Part shown: positions 60,814-64,000 of the stretch, one piece after another
Layout of the letters: each line of letters opens with the position of its first letter
Numbering within the stretch: the stretch's first letter is position 1
Source of the DNA: an uncultured Chlorobiaceae bacterium
Lineage (GTDB): Bacteria; Bacteroidota; Chlorobiia; Chlorobiales; Chlorobiaceae
Reading direction: 5' to 3'
Length of the DNA stretch: 64,000 nt
Assembly: GCA_903994635.1 (NCBI GenBank)
Contig: CAJEXQ010000011.1
Coordinates: 384-64,383 of the forward strand
Program-made: the position numbers and the translations under genes
Notes under the pieces: generated by a model
What the model was told of the DNA's origin: nothing
Database searches by the model: none
Seen by the model: the letters and a program-made list of their open reading frames with translations, nothing else

Positions 60814-63800
60814 CGCCTGTCAGGTACCTCTCGCAGCAACTCCACCATCTCATACCCGGCAAGGAAGGTGTGCATGTCGAGCTGTTCTGATGCTTCGAGC
60901 CATTCTTCAACGGTTGTTGCTGGTTCTCGCAGCAGTTCCTGCATGATAAACCATGCCACGAGGACGCTGAAACGCTGTTCACGGAACCACGTTTTGTAGT
61001 GGCGCTCATCAAATTGCAGCAGGCGACCAAGATGGTGGCGGTTAGCGTTGCTCAGGGTTTTGATGCCAGCGAGCAGACGCGCTTCGAGCGTTGCATCTAA
61101 CTCCGCTGCCGGTTTGGGCGTAAGCAGGCAAACGAGCAGGTCAGGCAGGTTCTCGCCAGGAATGCCAATCATGCTGGACTCCGCGTAGATTGCCCGCAGT
61201 GCGTCGCTCATCAGCCAGTCGTCAATGACGTTCTGGTTGAGCGAGCTGGCTGCGGTGAGCATCTGTTGCAGCGCATCGAGGATAACCCAATGTTTTGCGA
61301 TGGTTTCATAAGCCACGCCATCATCGCTGCTGAGTCCAAGAGCGGTCTGGAGTTTGCGCGACTCCGGCGTTTTCTTCAGCGCGTCTGGCAGTAAAAGTGC
61401 CTGCTTGTAGAGTTCCGTCGCTTCTGCTGCAAGGTTTTCTGGCACGTCAAGCGGTTTTTCCATTAACTCACTGAACTGCCGGGCAACCGCTTCGAGCAAG
61501 GTCGTCAGCGTTGCTTCAAACTTCTCCGCTTCAAAAGCATCAGCTTCAGAGGTAAGCACCGTCGTGATGATGCGGTGGAGCGGCGTGAGGCTCATGGTGA
61601 GAGCGGCTAGTTCGATTGATGGAACGCCGCCGCCATTGAGTTCGGCAGCAAGGCGGTAGTATGGTCTCAGCTTTGAAGGATAAACTTCCCTGAAATCAAG
61701 GAAGACGTTGTATCTATAACCATCCACAGCAACCATCATGCCGTTATAGGCAATCTCCTGGCAGGAGCGGATAAACTCAAGACCACTGGCATTATCCCTG
61801 AAGACAACAAAGGTGTTCTCCTGATGGCTCAGGTTGAGACCGTCGGAGAGAGAGCTTTGCCGAATCTCGCCGTTCTGACGGTAACCAACAGACATTTTGA
61901 TCCAGCCTGTAGCCTGTTCAAAGCAGTTGTTGAAGATAACAAGGGCAGCTTGATTGCCGAGCCGGTTTGAATAGGCAAAAATATTCTCGTTCACCACTCC
62001 CTCTGGTGAATAGAGATCGTAAAGTAGGAAGTTGCGCACCTCGGCAAAGAGTGGGCGCTTTTTCATGATGGGGAAAATCTCGTGATAGTGGCGCCAGACA
62101 AGATGATCGTCCGGGCGTTCGTCATAATAGGCTTTGGCGTACTCCATGCCGTACTTTTCAGTAAAGCCTTCCACCTGGCCGTGGCCAAACATCGGCAGTC
62201 CCGGCATGGTAATCATCATCATACAGACACCAAAATATTTATCGCCCCGCCCAAACTGGGCAATGGCGGTATCTTCGTCGGGATTGTTCATGAAGTTGAC
62301 GTACCGCTTCAGGATCTCGGGATCAAATTCAAGTGTATTTTTGATCAGGTTGCGGTAACTGGCATTATCCTCCTTCTTGAGCATGTGCATGAAGGCGCTG
62401 TTGTAGACCCGGTGCATACCGAGGGTGCGCACAAAGTAGCCTTCGAGCATCCAGAAGGCTTCAGCAAGCAGCAGGGTGTCGGGCACCTCCTGGTGAATGC
62501 GGTCAACCACTTCGCGCCAGAACTCTTTAGGAATTGCCGCGTCAAACTCAGCCATGCTCATGGAGTGGGAGGAGCGTGAAGGGACGGCAGCGCTATGGCC
62601 ATGCAACGGGAACCAGAGCCGCTGGATATGCCGTTTTGCCAGCACCATGGCAGCATCAAAACGGATAATGGGAAACATTCTGGCAACATGGAGAACCTGT
62701 TGAATCACCCCTTCTCGCACCTCGGCGCTGAGGAAATTGAGCTGTGCCGTGTCGTTCCATGGCATGTTGGTGCCGTCATTGCCGTGATAGATGTAGCGGG
62801 TATCGCCATTCATATAATCCACCCGCTTGAAGGTAACGGCAGCATCAGAGCGATTCCAGTAGCCATCTTCAAGATAGATGCCGTAGCGCTGATCGCTGCT
62901 GAGGTTCGGTCCGTTATAGGAGTAATTATAGTAAGGCGGCGTGTATGTTGACAGAAACCAGTCAGGATTATTGCGCACCAGTTCGGAATCCATCGCCGTG
63001 TGGTTTGGCACCATGTCGCTTGCAAGACGAACGCCGCGCTGCTTTGCCCGGTGCATCAAATTCAGATAGCCGTCATAGCCACCGATGTCGTCCGAAATAT
63101 CATATTTCTCAAGCGCGTAGGCGGAGGCTTTCGCTTCGGGATTGCCATGCAACTGCTTGATTTTCTGCGAGGCGTAGCTCCGCTGCCAGAGGCCAATCAG
63201 CCACAAGGCGGTAAAACCGCGATCAGCGATGGCATCAAGCTCCTCATCGGGAATATCCTGCAAGCGGTAAATTGGGCGGTGGTAGAGTTTGCTGAGCTGG
63301 TCGAGCCAGACATAGGTGCTTTTTGCCAGCATCACCACTTCCGGCATCCATGATGAGTCAGTCGAGTAGTTGGCCGGAGCATTGGCATCATCAAAGGTGT
63401 AATCAGGCACATGCGCCTCTTTTTCAAACTCGTGGCCATCATTGCGGAGCGCTTTTTCGTGTGCAATCTGCTCGAAGAAGAGATATTTATCTTCATCTTC
63501 AATAAAATCTATGGCACCGGCAAGTAATCCCCAAAAGGCGGAGTCTTCAAGCAGCTCTGCCCAGTTCATTCGGATGTAGCGAAGCTGGTCAAGGATGGAG
63601 GATGGTGCATGTTTTATTGGGCTGATGAGGAGTTCAGCAAGATCAAGATTATCAGGCCCAACGGGACCCATCGTCTGCATAGAACTCCGCATGGTCATGA
63701 TCAGCTTCCGGTATGTTGTCCCTTTGGTCAGCGGGTCGGTCAAGAGATCAGAAAACTGCTCAAGCGCTGGGTTCTGGTTATTCAGCCAGACCAGAAAAGA

Positions 63801-63998
63801 CTCTTCAAGTACTTCCGTTTTATTGGACTGCTGCTTCAGCCATTCGACGTGAGTCTCTTCTCCTGCGTACAGTTTCTGTGTAGGAAAAGAGGTGATAAAG
63901 TGCTTCAGATACTTTTCCGACTGCGCAGGGGAGATCTCTTTCTGAAATGCGCCAAAGACGTTTTGAAGAAAGTTCGGTTGCCGTAACGTGATGGCTTT
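60810..63998 (-). CDS. Large alpha-amylase (GH13) family protein, 5'-partial
   Basis: DMVPNH, IRFDAA (nucleophile), LLAEAFW (acid/base) and FMNNPDE motifs. The frame stays open from 63743 to the window end. Confidence 0.9.
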   Translation of the reverse strand, partial: KAITLRQPNFLQNVFGAFQKEISPAQSEKYLKHFITSFPTQKLYAGEETHVEWLKQQSNKTEVLEESFLVWLNNQNPALEQFSDLLTDPLTKGTTYRKLIMTMRSSMQTMGPVGPDNLDLAELLISPIKHAPSSILDQLRYIRMNWAELLEDSAFWGLLAGAIDFIEDEDKYLFFEQIAHEKALRNDGHEFEKEAHVPDYTFDDANAPANYSTDSSWMPEVVMLAKSTYVWLDQLSKLYHRPIYRLQDIPDEELDAIADRGFTALWLIGLWQRSYASQKIKQLHGNPEAKASAYALEKYDISDDIGGYDGYLNLMHRAKQRGVRLASDMVPNHTAMDSELVRNNPDWFLSTYTPPYYNYSYNGPNLSSDQRYGIYLEDGYWNRSDAAVTFKRVDYMNGDTRYIYHGNDGTNMPWNDTAQLNFLSAEVREGVIQQVLHVARMFPIIRFDAAMVLAKRHIQRLWFPLHGHSAAVPSRSSHSMSMAEFDAAIPKEFWREVVDRIHQEVPDTLLLAEAFWMLEGYFVRTLGMHRVYNSAFMHMLKKEDNASYRNLIKNTLEFDPEILKRYVNFMNNPDEDTAIAQFGRGDKYFGVCMMMITMPGLPMFGHGQVEGFTEKYGMEYAKAYYDERPDDHLVWRHYHEIFPIMKKRPLFAEVRNFLLYDLYSPEGVVNENIFAYSNRLGNQAALVIFNNCFEQATGWIKMSVGYRQNGEIRQSSLSDGLNLSHQENTFVVFRDNASGLEFIRSCQEIAYNGMMVAVDGYRYNVFLDFREVYPSKLRPYYRLAAELNGGGVPSIELAALTMSLTPLHRIITTVLTSEADAFEAEKFEATLTTLLEAVARQFSELMEKPLDVPENLAAEATELYKQALLLPDALKKTPESRKLQTALGLSSDDGVAYETIAKHWVILDALQQMLTAASSLNQNVIDDWLMSDALRAIYAESSMIGIPGENLPDLLVCLLTPKPAAELDATLEARLLAGIKTLSNANRHHLGRLLQFDERHYKTWFREQRFSVLVAWFIMQELLREPATTVEEWLEASEQLDMHTFLAGYEMVELLREVPDRR

Positions 63999-64000
63999 TA

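Noticed and set aside
1-64000. CRISPR array, rRNA, intact transposase, integrase or prophage genes
   Set aside because: I saw no regularly spaced direct repeats and no such protein or rRNA motifs on either strand.

Overview
Chromosomal window that looks like a green sulfur bacterium (Chlorobiaceae, Chlorobium/Pelodictyon-like). This assignment is inferred from protein style and gene order (stand-alone sucD, gatA and ruvA; short GlmU; Bacteroidota/Chlorobi-type RpoZ and bS22), not from a search. The first 15 kb is an LPS/glycolipid cluster: MsbA, a lipid A acyltransferase, seven GT2, three GT9, one GT4 and a GINT1-N-like beta-propeller protein. From 15 to 60 kb it is mostly housekeeping and envelope biogenesis: cdsA, hisS, rimP-nusA-infB-rbfA-truB-ribF-rpsO, yicC-rpoZ, panD, lptC, skp, dprA, isoprenoid genes, glmM, rpsT-ruvA-folC, rho, two tRNAs, etfBA, bamA, uppS, gatA, sucD, kdsD, a flippase, an ECF sigma/anti-sigma/two-Spy module, PGM and lpxB. 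It ends in a decayed toxin-antitoxin patch and a large partial GH13 gene. Features the ORF track misses: a 35-aa bS22-like ribosomal protein gene, two genes split by +1 G in poly-G tracts, a hicB with an internal amber stop, probable hicA and DUF2283 remnants, a 93-bp nested palindromic element and a (CT)11 microsatellite. I saw no CRISPR array, rRNA, intact transposase or prophage. The best candidates for undescribed biology are the GT4-GT9-GINT1-like module and possible poly-G phase variation. Neither can be proven from this sequence alone.
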